A DNA stretch of 64,000 nt from Phoronis australis (taxonomy: Eukaryota; Animalia; Phoronida): contig NMRA01000085.1 of NCBI GenBank assembly GCA_002633005.1, positions 913,252 to 977,251 on the forward strand, read 5' to 3'. Of this stretch, positions 28,701-43,076 are shown piece by piece. The position numbers were made by a program, and so were the translations under genes. The notes under the pieces were generated by a model that did no database searches, was not told the DNA's origin, and worked only from the letters and a program-made list of their open reading frames with translations. The stretch's first letter is position 1; each line of letters opens with the position of its first letter.

Positions 28701-31700
28701 TACCTAAAACTTGCTTCTAACTGAAAGATCAGGAAGCAAGTTGACGTACAAAATAAAATCATTTGTTTAATACTTAGTTATTAGGTTTAATAAAAACTAG
28801 TTCAGCCATGCAGTGTAAGAGCAGGACAGGCACTAAAACCTAATGGAGTGTTGTCTGTCAATCAGGTCAGTCACGGGTCAGTTTCATAACTGAGTCATAC
28901 ACTGTATACGGCTATTTTGGCAAAAATTATTTAAACCCACTTTAGCAAAGTACAAATCTCAGAGAATATCCCATAATTTTGCAGCAATTATGGCTACAAA
29001 CAGTGTGATGTGTCGCAATTTCATTGCATGGACTTTGCAATATTGAAGTTGGAGCACAAGCTAAATTTTTTGACTTAACATTTGAAGAAATGAGCCCAGA
29101 ACTCTAACAAACAACAGCGAGAATACAAGAAAGCATGCAAGACCCATTCACTAACACACATATATTCAGTCTTCAGAATACATAGCCTATAGCTCAACAC
29201 GCATCCGCCTTTGTGATCTAAGCATTAAAATTTTGCCCTGCAATGTTACGGTAAAGGCCCACCCTCATCTATGCAAGAAAGTAAGAGTACAACCCGGCTT
29301 GGAACACAGGTATTTTGGTGACATTCGTACTTGGTGGTCGAGCATTTATGACTGAATAAAGAGCTGAACTTCATACATCAACCATTTTCTTATCAACATT
29401 TTTAGCCCCCCATGGAGCCTCTTGACAATCGGAGATACATATGTAATGACCAAATGTGGTGGAAATGGGTTAAGGGTTATTAGTTCAAGATAATCGCAGA
29501 AAATAGCAACAAGGGAAAAAGAAACGGCACTAAATACACCAGACGCTGAATTAAGACTCTTTAGGACATTAGAAAAATATCTAAATATGTCTAAATTTGA
29601 AATGTCATAACTCAGAAATGCGGCCAGTCGAATCCCCGCGACACTTTGTAATAACACGCATCATGCACTGTTCTAACTGCACGTCATAAACTCTAGTCCA
29701 TCGCAGTCCTGAAACAATCAGAGATTTAATGCACGATCATTTCCGAAACTTGAGCGTGATCAGAAATGATAAACAATGTTTGCCAGAGAAGTGCGTCATA
29801 GGTTTTTTTATGACACGGCACTTAAAATTCCCCATTACACAAAGTAAAAATTCGCCATGGTAACTACGGCAATACAACTATGTCGACAGCTTCACTCCAC
29901 CAATAACTTGTCTTTAAATTAAAAAGATTGCTAACTATTCAGAGTAGGCTATAGTTCTGTAGAATGATATGGCTTGATATCAACACATGAACTAATTCAT
30001 TAGCTCTCTGGACTGAGATTTTTCACACCACACAATTACATGCAGAAAAACATTGCTTCGACACATAAATAAGTTAAGAGGCTTTTGAATCAGGTGAGCT
30101 TCAAATACGTTAAAATACTTTGCCCTACTACAGGATACAACGAAAGACCTTCATTTGCAGCTGCAGTGATTTTCATAATAAATTTGCGAAGAACTTTGAC
30201 GGAATTCTGACACTTGGGTGAAATTTCTGCCAGATTTATTTGGGAATTTAGTTAAACATTTGTCGCAATGAAACAGAATTTTTGTCAAACTTTAGTTAGA
30301 GTTTAATGCAATGTTATTGCATTTAATAAACTTGCATTTATTTGTAAAAGGACTTTCAAGGCAAGTTGCAAAGATTTCACAACTTGTGTGGAACCAAACC
30401 TGACAAGATTTTGTAGAGAATTTGATAGACTTTAATAAGTGTTTGAGTCAAAAAGAAATAGATATTTAGTCGCGATTTTGTAAATCAAAACTTTCTCGAC
30501 ATTTTAACATTGTCAAAAGGGAGACAGCTGGACCAAGGTATAATAGCTTTTGTTACGAGGGTGCTATTTTTTAAAGTTTAAATTTGCAAGACACAAAGTC
30601 CTGACAAAAATACACTTATAAGAATTGAAATAAATAAAGCCACTTTCAATTTCTTGCAAAATGAGAACTGAATTTCATATACATGCTAACCAACTTCTTT
30701 CCCTGCTTCTGTTTATTAAATTTTTTTAAAGTTTTGAAATTTAAAAGCAACTAGTCAATTAGTGATTTTGAAAGTTCTGAGCAAGTCAATCTAGTGTAAA
30801 CAGGATAGTCAAAGTCAAGGTGTTTGCCACGGGTCAAGACTCCAAATGGAAGATAAGAAGCAAATTTATAAACATTTTCTCAGCTTTAATAAATTTCTTA
30901 AACACGGCCATTATGAGAAGTACTCATTGTTAGAAAACAATGATAGGAACCTGGATGATGATAAAATATTCACAGCTATGTAATGTAAATTCCTAATTCG
31001 TTAAGGTTATATTGTGTGTCACATAAGCGGGTCATTAATAAGATAAACTGGAAATGAAGAAGTTCATTGAGCCAAAAATAATACAATATTAGAATGGAGA
31101 TAATTTTATTTCCTGACTTAATTTTGGTTCGATTAGCAAAATTAAAACAGTACCTCAATTGTATGAAACATGATGTCCCATGCCATCATTTGTGTTGTTT
31201 AAATTATTGTGGTCCGGCCTATTTGCATTGAATAAAGTTATCATTACACAAGTGTCGCTAATGAGACACATACCTGTTCACAGAGCAACTATGGATTATT
31301 TTAACAAGATCATTGCATGCAATCCTGGTCAATAATGAGATAGCTTCAGAAAATTACCACTCAAAGGCAATAGAGCAGTGGGATACATACGATAATAATC
31401 AAGGAGAGACGAGCTCACCTTTATTGGAAGCTCATTTGCTGTAATGATTCCTCATAGGATTCGACAGAGACAGAGAGGCGGATACAAAAAGTTAATACTA
31501 CTGATGAAATTGCCACTGGAGAGTGCAGCACAAGTCGGAACAGTCCGACAAAGGAGCAACTGCTATTCGTTACAAAAACTTATGAATACTATAATGCTGA
31601 AAAATTAAATGCACATAACAACTTTGTACATGACAGCTTCTCTGCAAAATGGGAAAAATTTATTGTTCATGTTAAGTTCATGTAGAAGATATTTACTTTA

Positions 31701-34700
31701 AACGAGATATGAGAATGGTCTTCCTGAGGTGTGCATGCGTGAATGAATGGTGTACTTATTTGTTTGTTTGTTTTTGTAATTGTTTGTAAAGGATAATAAA
31801 TACATAAAAAAAAAAACTGCTATTCCCTCCAAGATACAATTTCATCCACCAAATTTCATGACAATCCTTCGAACTTGATAGAGGAGTTGAGGCCAACACA
31901 AATGAATAACTGTCAAACAAACTGAGAAGACAGAACTTCTTTTTGGCATAGGCAAAGACGTTTTCGTACGTTCTCATCAGCATCCACTCTCAAGCTAATG
32001 CTGCATTGGGAAGGGGTGTGTGATGTCACAACAAGGGTCGGTGAGTCTGACTGGATAACTAAGCCTGAGTATACAATTAAAAAAACTTTAAAAAAACGGC
32101 CAGAGGTGTGTCAAATTAACACATCATTAGTTTGAAAAAAATTGCGTCTGTGCAAAAAAGAAACTATCCTCTCACCGTAACTACTAGACAGATGGAATTA
32201 TTTAGAGGTTCTTGGAATGCTATGGCAGAGATAACAGCAACTGCCAGAACAGATGTGAAATGCATGTTTAATTTGTCACAAGGGAGACAGCTTAGCCCAA
32301 ATGGGCATGCCCTATTTGCTTCTTAAAAGAGACACATCTGTCAAATTTCCTGGAAGTGCCATCAAAAGGCTTGATAGTAACAAGGCAGACAAAAAGGTAA
32401 AATTGCCACAAGAGGATACAAACGTAGTCGAATCCATCTGAAAGTGAATGTAAGCTATGCTCTGGTTTAACAAGAACACACCTACATCTATAGCTAAACG
32501 AAAATCTTTTAACAACTGATGACAGATATGGAGTCAATTGTACAAAAACGATATCTCCCACCAGGAGGCGTAGCAGTAGTCCAATTCATCAGAAAACCAA
32601 CGCCACCACTGATATCCTCACTACAAACAAAGCTGTCAAATTTCACAACAGCCCTTTAATTAAAGAACCTGCTAGATATTGAGACAAGCACAAAAAATTT
32701 CAAGCCACCACTCAAGGCAATTTAATAGTATACAGAAAATCAACGCCAGTCATGTTCGGGTCAACAGGAACACATCCCTCAAATTTCATGACGATCCTTC
32801 CTTCGAACTGATTGGCAGTGGAAACTAAAACCAAAACAATAAATTGCCACCAGGGGGCACACATCATTACATGCTCTCCTTGGTACAAAGCCAAATTCCC
32901 ACAAGATCTATCAAACGAGCAAATGCTAAAAGTAAAATTGACACTATGTGGCACAGCTGTAGGCCAATTTCCAGAAGTTGTCCTAATCGCATTTCCACGA
33001 AAACATCTACCAAATTCTACAAAGTTTTTGCAAGAGGTTTAGGAGACAAAGCTGCTAGTGCCAGAAAGGCAGAACTACACACGGTGGACGGAAATTACAG
33101 CAGAATACGCCTACAAATCGATCTACGTGGCTGCGCAATGGCATCTTAAAGACAAAGACTCTTACCTGAAATTAGCGAGTCAATTTACTCTGGTCGTGTT
33201 TCAATAATGAGACTGTGATTACCGACGGAAACGAGCCCAACAAGTGTAATTTTGGAAAAATCAATAGTGACATTGAACATTAACATCAATTACAAAACAC
33301 AGATATCAAAACTAACGGAAAACAAGAAAAAGTATTCGGTAAAAATTCCTTGATTTTGGATAGAACAACTGCTTAAACAGTTGCTGCCACTTCTCAGTTT
33401 TTCAGGCTTTTACTGCTTTATTGCATACGCTGATACACCAAATTGGGACCTAAACCGGAGAACAGTTGTTCTCATTCTCTCCAATTAATTAACAAAACAA
33501 CGTGGAAGAAAGATGCACAATTTCATCCTCATGTTTGTATTCAACTGGCTGTTCACCTGATCACCACATGGTGCTTGACAGATGTTGCTGTGAATTTCGC
33601 CAATTCAAGGCACAACATGGCTGACAGGTGAAATTTCACTTCCTCCTGTTTTCGTAAAAATGACAGCACCATAAAGATGCGTTACTATATTCAAGTTCTT
33701 AATCTAATGCTAACAACAGGCAAGGATTAAATTGTAGGCATTCAGAGCATTGTTAATAGCCTTTGAAAAATGCAGAAATGAAGTTGTGACGATTACTTTT
33801 GTAAGAAATTAGTGAAATTTTACCCTATCAAGCACATGGTAATCTTAAGCACCAGGGATGTGAACCACAAACCACCGTTACATTAGCAGGAACTTTTTCC
33901 ACTTACAAAAAATGCAGCGTCGCCTTAGCAAAAACATGCCTGATTTATGGCCAAACTTAGAATCTTTTGAAAAATGAAACCAGTTGCACTGTTGCGGAAA
34001 GAGAGGGAAGGAGAACTGGTGGTAATGGGTTTGGGATTTGAGAGCCTCTGCTCAGAAGTTACAAGCATCTTTCCCGTCAGGTGAGCGAAGGTCTTAGTTT
34101 GTCTTATTTTGAAGTCGGTCATTTCTGACCCGCCGATGTACTGTGCAATATAGCTTTAAACTTCAATTACTTGTTATCTTCAGATATATTTAGGACATTT
34201 CATCACCTGTGCAGCAAGGGAAAACAGCCGTATCTAATCTTGCCAACTGTGATGTTTCCAGCTAAAAAGATACTGTGCTACGCAGTTTATCAGTATTGAT
34301 GTTGTCGTTTGTTTAATTAAATTGGCCCCAAAAGTCCGCAACAACCTGGAAACTAAGGTATGCCGGTCTCAGTAAGGCAATAAGGTTTAGAAACGAAAAC
34401 TCATCCCAGTATCTCAACTACTCAATAAGAATACGGGACGAAAATTACACACAATCATTTCTAAAATTGGTAACAACAAACTTACGTGTGCAATTATTTA
34501 ATGCTGTGACAGCACAAAATTGTGTTTAGCCTGACGCGATTTTTAATTCCAGTGCGCAAGATTGGCTAATTTGACAAGGACGAAATGCAATTTTTCTCAT
34601 TCACTGACATATGGAGAAGGATTTTTAGCGCGAATCAAATCCCACGGTACTAAAAAGGCAATTTGACGGTATGGAAGTTGCAAAGTATTTATAACAAACA

Positions 34701-35618
34701 TGGAAAATATACCGCAGCTGTAAATCCACACAAGAGTAAAATTCCTGAAAAGTAATTTTTGTTTAGAAATTTGATGAAATAAAATTTCCTTTTTGTCATC
34801 AAGCTTAAGAATTTTTATTGTATCGTATCAAAAACAGAATTTGTTCAGTTTTTCTGTAAAAGTTTTAAGTGAGGCACAACACACATGTTGATCATAAAAA
34901 ACGACAACAGAAAACGGATCGTGAAGCGGCACAAATTCCATGGAATTAACCTAACTTAGTGGTCCTATGTGGATAAAAAGGACAGAACACATTTCACATT
35001 TTCAAACTGGCACTGAAAACTATTCACTTAGTGCGGTGAATTAACTTTCTACAGGATTTGGCACGAGTGCAGTCAAGTTGTGAAGGGAATCAATAACTGC
35101 CAACAGAAATGATAAATTAATTTGTCTTTCATCTACAAAACAGTCGTCTTCAGAATATTATCGATGGCAATTCAAGGATATAAGACAGAAGTACAGGAAG
35201 CCCAGTCAAGCAGTTAATGAATTGTGAATGAAAGTATGCGCCATCCTTACAAATGTTTGACATTCTGTTGAGATATTAACCACAATACACAATTAGTAGA
35301 TTGAAAAGCATTGTCTGACATTTGATAAATACGGTGAACGCTGAAATCGCTCTTGTCCCAATTTCTAGAATCACGAAAATTTGATTTTTGAGGAGTTCCC
35401 TAAAGAATACAGTATCAACACGACCAATACACCTAACCACTGAAAACTAATAACAACAGACTGCATCCAAAAAAAAACTTTTGAAAGAAGCAATTTGTCA
35501 CCGCTGAAAATTTACCAACGACAAAAATTGCTCAAATCAAACAAAATTGTTCTGCTGTAACTGGATTTATCGCCCACGCCACAAAACTAGCTTGATGGCG
35601 TACCCTTGGATTAAATTA

Positions 35619-38193
35619 GTACGAACTTGGCAGATGAATTTTTAGTAAATTGGACAGCAAAGTCTGGGAGTCCATTACCTCAAATGAGGATGCCACATGA
35701 ACAGGACAGATAATCAATACGCCATGAGGATGCTATCAGAAAACACTCCCATGAATACTTCGCATATCTTTGAAGGACTAAACAACATACACAAAAGAAC
35801 CATCCAAATACACTACAGAATACATAAGCCCAATCTGACAACGTGACTTTTACTAGCAACGACAACTTTCCATCACTTGTTTCCAGCAAAGACTAGGAAA
35901 ATACCTACAAATATGTCTATTCTGAGAGAATTGCATAACCTGAATCTAAAAACATGAGTACTTTAATTGACAGCTGAAACTGAATCAAATGTTTGAGTCC
36001 TTCATAAAAACCTTGTTTTGCAGCAAAACTGACTTACTGTAGCAGTTTTGTTTTGCAAGGGCAGTGTATTCAAGTCAATGGTGGTAGGCCCCACACAATA
36101 GCATGTGTATGAGTCACATCATCACAACAGACATCTGATCAACAGTCGTTCTCACTTTTTTGCAGAACAGCGTTTAGCGTATAGTTTAAATATTCCGTGG
36201 GAGCATTTTATCAAAGATGACGAGGCTGGTCGCAGGTAAGACGGCCGTAGACACATTTTGTGAAAGCCACGCATTCTTATAAGAGCAGAAGCCTCATTCT
36301 GACCACAGCTCACACTCAAACTGAATGGCTGCCATCAAAAACTATGTTAATGAATTATTTGTTAATAAATATTCGAGTTATCTGTCTTTGTTTGTGACTA
36401 GGCAAACGGGTAATCCGGAAAATAATCTTTTTGAACTATAGAAATGTCAGCTGATATCTTTGATTAGATGATAAAAGCTATTGCAACTTTTAACCCAAAC
36501 ATACTCACTCAATTATATAAGTAAAGATAAACATCTTACACAACTGCAGTAACTTTACAACAGAGGAACCAAATGATTGTTTTTAAACACTCTTTCTGTT
36601 TTTTTATAGTTAAAAACTTCATAAATGCAAACCAATCTCTCGCTTTACTTCATTCCCAAATTATGGTCTCGTAACATGCAACCGAAAGTTTTAAAAAAAA
36701 TTACCAGAATCAAATAGTGAATTGTTAATTTAATTTTTGAATTTCTGGAAGTGCGCCAACAAAATGGCTCCAACAGTTGGACAAAATTGAACTTCACTTT
36801 TTATGAACTTCCAGTAAAAACACAAATACACACAGGACTGTAATTTACAAAATCGTCCTTAATTTAGAGATTAACTCTCTCTCTCTCTCTCTCTCCCTCC
36901 CNGTACGAACTTGGCAGATGAATTTTTAGTAAATTGGACAGCAAAGTCTGGGAGTCCATTACCTCAAATGAGGATGCCACATGAACAGGACAGATAATCA
37001 ATACGCCATGAGGATGCTATCAGAAAACACTCCCATGAATACTTGGCATATCTTTGAAGGACTAAACAACATACACAAAAGAACCATCCAAATACACAAC
37101 AGAATACATTAGCCCAATCTGATAACGTGACTTTTACTAGCAAAAACAACTTTCCATCACTTGTTTCCAGCAAAGACTAGGAAAATACCTACAAATATGT
37201 CTATTCTGAGAGAATTCCATGACCACTGTATCTAAAAACATGAGTACTTTAACTGACAGACTGAAACTGAATCAAATGTTTGAGTCCATAATAAATCCTA
37301 GTTTTTGCAGCAAAGCTGAATTACTGTAGTAGTTTTGTTTTTTGCAAGGGCAGCGTATTCAAGTCAGTAGTGGTAGGCCCCACACAATAGCATGTGTATG
37401 CATCACATCATCGCAACTGACATCTCATCAACAGTCGTTCTCACTTTTTTGCAGAACATCGTTTAGCGTATAGTTTAAAAATTCCGTGGGAGCATTTTAT
37501 CAAAGATGATGAAGCTGGTCGCAGGTAAGATGGCCGTAGACACATTTTGTGAAAGCCACGTCGCATTTTTGTAAGAGCAGAAGCCTCATTCTGACCATAG
37601 CTCACACTGAAACTGAATGGCTGCCTTCAATAACTACGTTAATGAATTATTTGTTAATAAATATTGCAGTTATCTGTCTTTATTTGCGACTAGGAAAACG
37701 GGTAAACAGAAAATAATCTTTTTGAACTATAGAAATGTCACCCGATATCTTTGATTAGATGAAAAAAGCTATTGCAACTTTTAACCCAAACATACTCACT
37801 CAATTCTATAAGTAGTGATAAACATCTTACGCAACTGCAGTAACTTCACAACAGAGGAACCAAATTATTGTTTTTAAACACTCTTTCTGTTTCTTTTTTT
37901 AAAAACTTCATAAATGAAAGTTAACTGCAAACCAATCTCTCGGTTTACTTCATTCCAAAATTATGGTCTCGTAACATGCAACCGAAAGTTTGAAAAAAAT
38001 TATCAGAATCAAATAGTGGATTGTTAATTTAATTTTTGAATTTCTGGAAGTGCGCCAACAAAATGGCTCCAACAGTTGGACAAAATTGAACTTCACTTTT
38101 TATGAACTTCCAGTAAAAACACAAATACACACAGGACTGTAATTTACAAAATCGTGAGTAATTTAGAGATTAACTCTCTCTATCTCTCTCTCT
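35619..38193. repeat. Apparent tandem duplication (35619-36901 and 36903 to about 38193) joined by N at 36902
   Basis: Two similar copies; the first ends in a (CT)n microsatellite at the N. Confidence 0.93.
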
Positions 38194-40826
38194 CATTTTG
38201 TCTCTCTTTCTTTCTGTGTTCTAGATTGATGAAAATAAATGGGAAAAACTTTTAAAACGAGGAAGTAAAACCACTACAGTGCAACTGATTTCTTACGACG
38301 AAATTCTTGGCAAAAATTACTTAAATTCTTAGCAGTAGATTTCCGTGACAGCTAAATTGGGTCACCGCTGTACTAACGACATGGAGTGGCCAACAACTGT
38401 GGAATACATGCCTGGTACTTCAACTACAAGACAAACTAATCCACAATAAAACCCATCATTAAACCTCCATGTCTAACACATCAAATCACGCCCAGTTCCT
38501 TGATTGGCAATGTAATAACTGGATTTTACATTCTAATCCGACGAAATCCTTCTGCGGATGATGTCACAGAGGAATGTTTTGACGTAAAAAACCTACAAAT
38601 CCGATTCAATATAACTGAAGTGCAGTCACAAACACTTCTTGTATTTTATATTTTTATGCAGAGTTATCGGAAACCGATTCCAGAATGCATATTTAAGCCA
38701 AAGACAATAGGATAATTGGTCCTAAGTGCCTCGTTGTTTAAATAAAAAGCGTCCGTATCACACTGACAAAAGCTCTTTTTTAACATCTACACAACATATC
38801 TAAGCTAGTTTTTTAACAAAATGGCTTAGCAGCCAAGCAACGATTATCTCTATCAAGGACTTAATTGATTATGAATAAGTTTGCAAATGTTCTCCCATGA
38901 TCGACCAGAGAATAGCCAATCGCGTCATTGGACCACCGAAGTTGAGAAAAAAGTTCCACACCACCTTCAGACTTCTAGGAAAAAAGCATTGCATCAATTC
39001 TTAAAAAATATAGACAAGAAATTGTTTCGCTTTTTTGATCTGATCCATACAACTTCAACAGGGGAACTCTGAACATGAGAAAACAATTTTGCAAACAAGC
39101 TCCAAAAGAATTTCATTGCTTAAAACATTTAATTTGTGTAATGACAACGACTTTTCAAAGTATTACAAATTAAAATCACAGCACCAGCTGAATATTGACA
39201 ATTATAATGTTTCAGAACCTAGTCACTCAGCAGCAAAATATTTTTACATCTCGATTTTACAATTTCACAGAGCCCACTGACTGTACACTCAAGACATGCC
39301 AGACCCCTCACCTCACCTGAACCTTTTAAAATAATGGCAATCATAAGTGTCTCACCTTTGACACAAAATACAGGTGCAAGAAGTATGAGCTGTAAAATAA
39401 CAGCAATGTATCCCACAATTTTCATGATGAACCAGCTACATAACTCCAGAGGGGCCTTAAGCAAACACCACCATCATCTGCTCAGTTTCAAGGATCGTGG
39501 GCAACTGACCAGCTGTGCTCTGATTGACACATGTATTGCTCAAGTGTGGTATCGCTGAGGATTCTGGGTAATGCTGCATGACAACTGATTTTTAGTTATT
39601 GACTTCGTTACCAGGGGGAGCTAAGTTGTGGGCTACCTGAAAGGAAGAAACTATTGTAAGGGCTATGGCAAAGGCATGGTTTCAACCATTGTAAGTCTCA
39701 CCAATTTAGGATACAACATGGCGGGCAAATGAAATTTTATTTGCTTATTTCCTTCACAAAAGACACATAGCACCAAATAACTGCATTGACAAGTTCAGGT
39801 TCTTCACCATAACCACCAGCAGACAATATTTTGAAAAACTATTGCCATTTGTAACAATCCATGCTGGAAGTCTTTGAAAAACAGTCACATTACGCAATTA
39901 TATTTGTTCGAAACTGGCAAGTACTTAAGTACACAGAAAGGTAACAGTCACTTACAGGTCATCTTCACTTAGAGCATTTTTCACCATTGAATAATAGGCG
40001 TCAAACTGGTTCTCAATAAACAGGGTAGTTAAAGGGCATCACACAAAATCTGGGACCGCTGAAAGTGAAATAGTGCTGAAAGGATGAAAAATGCACTAGT
40101 TTCGCATGAATCCCATCAGCCATTGTAGGGATATGATGTTCCGTAGTTAGCCAAATTTAAAATTTTTCTATGGTACTACTAGTACATAATTTAATGTGAC
40201 TTAGAAAACAAATAAAAACCATTTCCTTGTTATTTACCTAACTAATAGTTCATACTTTAAGCTGCATTATGCCCTATTTAGCAGGCTAAAAATAGAAAAT
40301 CAACTTAGGCCTTTCCCATTCATAAATTCCGTCTCAATAACTGCCACATACCATAACCTTAATCACAACAAAAGTCACAGGCAGAGTCCATGCCCCATTT
40401 TCTGGATTTCCCAATTTTAGGGATGGTCAACCTCAATAAACATTGGAGAGTGGGGTCACTGGTTTTAATGTTCTTTTGCTTTGGGGTTTAAAAACAATAC
40501 CACACTTGTCCAACCCCATATTAGTGTCCAGTGAGAGGGTAACTCAAGACACATGCAATGCTTGCGTGCTCCATCTTCAAATTTGCAACTTTAGAGATGG
40601 CCAACCCAGACACACTACAAGCACTTGCTTGAGACGCTGACGATATTGATAATTTCTTGGTAACAAACAATAGAATCCTATCAGACTAAGGGATACTATG
40701 CGACTGACTTGATGAGAATAAAGGGCTTAATTCTATTCGCATATTTTTAGGCTGTTGAACGGAGCAAAACGGAAGCTTTAAATCACAGGTTGGCATTAAA
40801 TTTAATTTGAGATTTTAATTTTGGTC

Positions 40827-43076
40827 CAGTGTTCTCCACGGCCACTTTTAACGTGTCGCAGCGTCCTGTTTGGCCGAGCGCGCGTCCTGTTTAAATGTCC
40901 CGCGTCCTGTTTAAAAATCCAGCGTCCTGTTTAAAATTCCCGCGACCAGTTTAAAAAAATAGGGACTACTTTGTAAAAAAGGCGTCGTCGTCGTTAATAA
41001 GTTCTTCACTGGTTCAAATTACGCTTGACAGCAACTGGCCATAGCCCATTGAAACTGAATAAAGGCTAAGCCTAAGGAAGTTGGTGGTCCGTTGTGGACA
41101 GCCTAATCACCGGACTCACTCAAGTGGCAGACCGGGCCGAAAGTCTATTTATGATATAACGCGGCGTGTAAATAATCTCTCGATTATCTTTTCAATTCAT
41201 CCCGAACAACTAGCCAATTTAAACAAAAGCCCAGTGCTAACTATACGCCTAATCCTCTACCTGCTCACTGGAGGTGCAGTCCGGCACGAAAGTTGCTGAT
41301 CGTTGCGTTAGGCCTTTTCGCTTTTGCAGTCACCTTCTTGTGTTCGGCGGAGAACTAATCATATTACCCATTGAAAATAAAATAATTAAGGCTCGGTGGT
41401 TATTTCTGCGAAGTATATGTTGTTAGCAAAGACACCGTTGCGCAGCAATTTATGCAACGGCCGTCTTCTGGCAGGCCAGAATTTGGGTTTTCGTAGCACA
41501 TTTTTCAATATTCCGTGGGCCCCACGACAGACTTTACTGATACCAGTCTCAAAACCATTTGCATGAAACTGCCTTTGATGGTTCTCATTGGTTGTTGTTT
41601 GTGTATTTCTCACTTAGATGAATATTATTGGTTACTTTTTGTGCCACCGGCCCATTGAGATTGACCGAGTTCATCTCGTTGCCTTATAAGGAGTTTCGTT
41701 GGCAGCATGAACATTATGTTTGTGGCGCATACTCCCTCTAAAAATCTGCCGAGCCGTTTGCAAACTCAACTTCGATAGTGGCTGTGACGTTTGCGGTTTC
41801 GGGGGAGTATTCCGAGATTTGGGACAGCGGGTAATGTCACTGAGTAAAGTTCAAAGTATATGTGTTTCGCGCTGAAAAATTGCAGCCATAATCACGTGCT
41901 TTAATTGAAATCAAGCGGTAATATCTCGCGTAATCTCGCAGAGTTTTGTTTACCTAGCTTGGTCCTTACGTTAGTGAATTCTATCCTGGCTTCCGTTACC
42001 AATTGACATGCGCATTCTGCATACTTAGAAATGTCGTCTGCCGCGCGAAATCGAAGCACCGCTAAACCTAAGGATTATTTTAAAAACCGAGAGATGTTTC
42101 AGATACTGACGTTGACTCAGATGCAGATACGACAGATAATCCAGGGCCGGATGGTAGTGATATTGCCAGGCTCGGTCAACCAATCGAAGATATCCGTGTC
42201 ACAAACGGTGAACCGAATTTTTGCCGACAACGTCAGACATCGGCAATACAAATGAATATAATTCGCTCCAACATGAGAATAGATGGTTTTCATCTGGAAG
42301 AATGAGTTTGTGACAATCCAGAAAATTATGGGAATTCCATAGTTGCAAGCGTTTGATAATTCAGTTGATATCTTTTTAGAAATATTGGTTGTCATCAACA
42401 CGCCTGACACTCCCGTCCAAGTAGGCCTACATGTAGATGGAAAACGCAAGTGAATTGTTTTGTTTACATACCTAGTTTGCATTCAAGGGGGACTCGCGTA
42501 TTGTGCAGTTTTTACAAGAGTTCTGGTAGTGCAGATGTGCAATATGTTGTACCAGCTTCAGAACATCGAATTCAGACTGTAAGAATGTGCAAGATATAAC
42601 ACGTACAGACTGAGAGAAAACGTTCGTTAACTCTGCTATCAAGACATAAAAATGTGACTGACTTAACAAAGACACTTCACTTGGACTGTCTACGTCATAG
42701 GGAAAGTTTACTTCTGTGTTAGACTTTCTGTACTTAGTTGACATTGACATCATTATTGAGTAGCCTAAAACATTTCCCCATACTGTATCAAACACTCTGT
42801 AGACTTCCATTTCAAAGTCACTGACTAAGCAACTGGGTTATGACATATGTGATATGTTTGTAAATAAGGCTATCTTTTACAAATAAAAATTGGAATAAAC
42901 ACAGTTATTTGTTTGCACTACTGTGCATTACTTTTAAAATGCGTGGGTAAAAATAAGGTGCACAAAAAACTGCACACTAGCTTAAGCAGTGAAGAACGTT
43001 GACTGCCGCGCGGTTCCGGCACGTTGCAGTTTTTACGCGTGCGACCTGTTTAGATTTTCAGATGTGGAGAACACTG
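40827..43076. mobile_element. Non-autonomous hAT-like DNA transposon (2250 bp) with 5-bp TSD
   Basis: Perfect 13-bp TIRs CAGTGTTCTCCAC / GTGGAGAACACTG; TGGTC on both flanks; subterminal GCGTCCTGTTT array at 40861-40952; no recognisable transposase ORF. Confidence 0.85.

Noticed and set aside
31419-31438. Possible 20-nt micro-exon (cattacag|CAAATGAGCTTCCAATAAAG|gtgagc) in the NPDC1-like intron
   Set aside because: Its length is not a multiple of 3, so it would frameshift between phase-1 exons, and I found no compensating exon.
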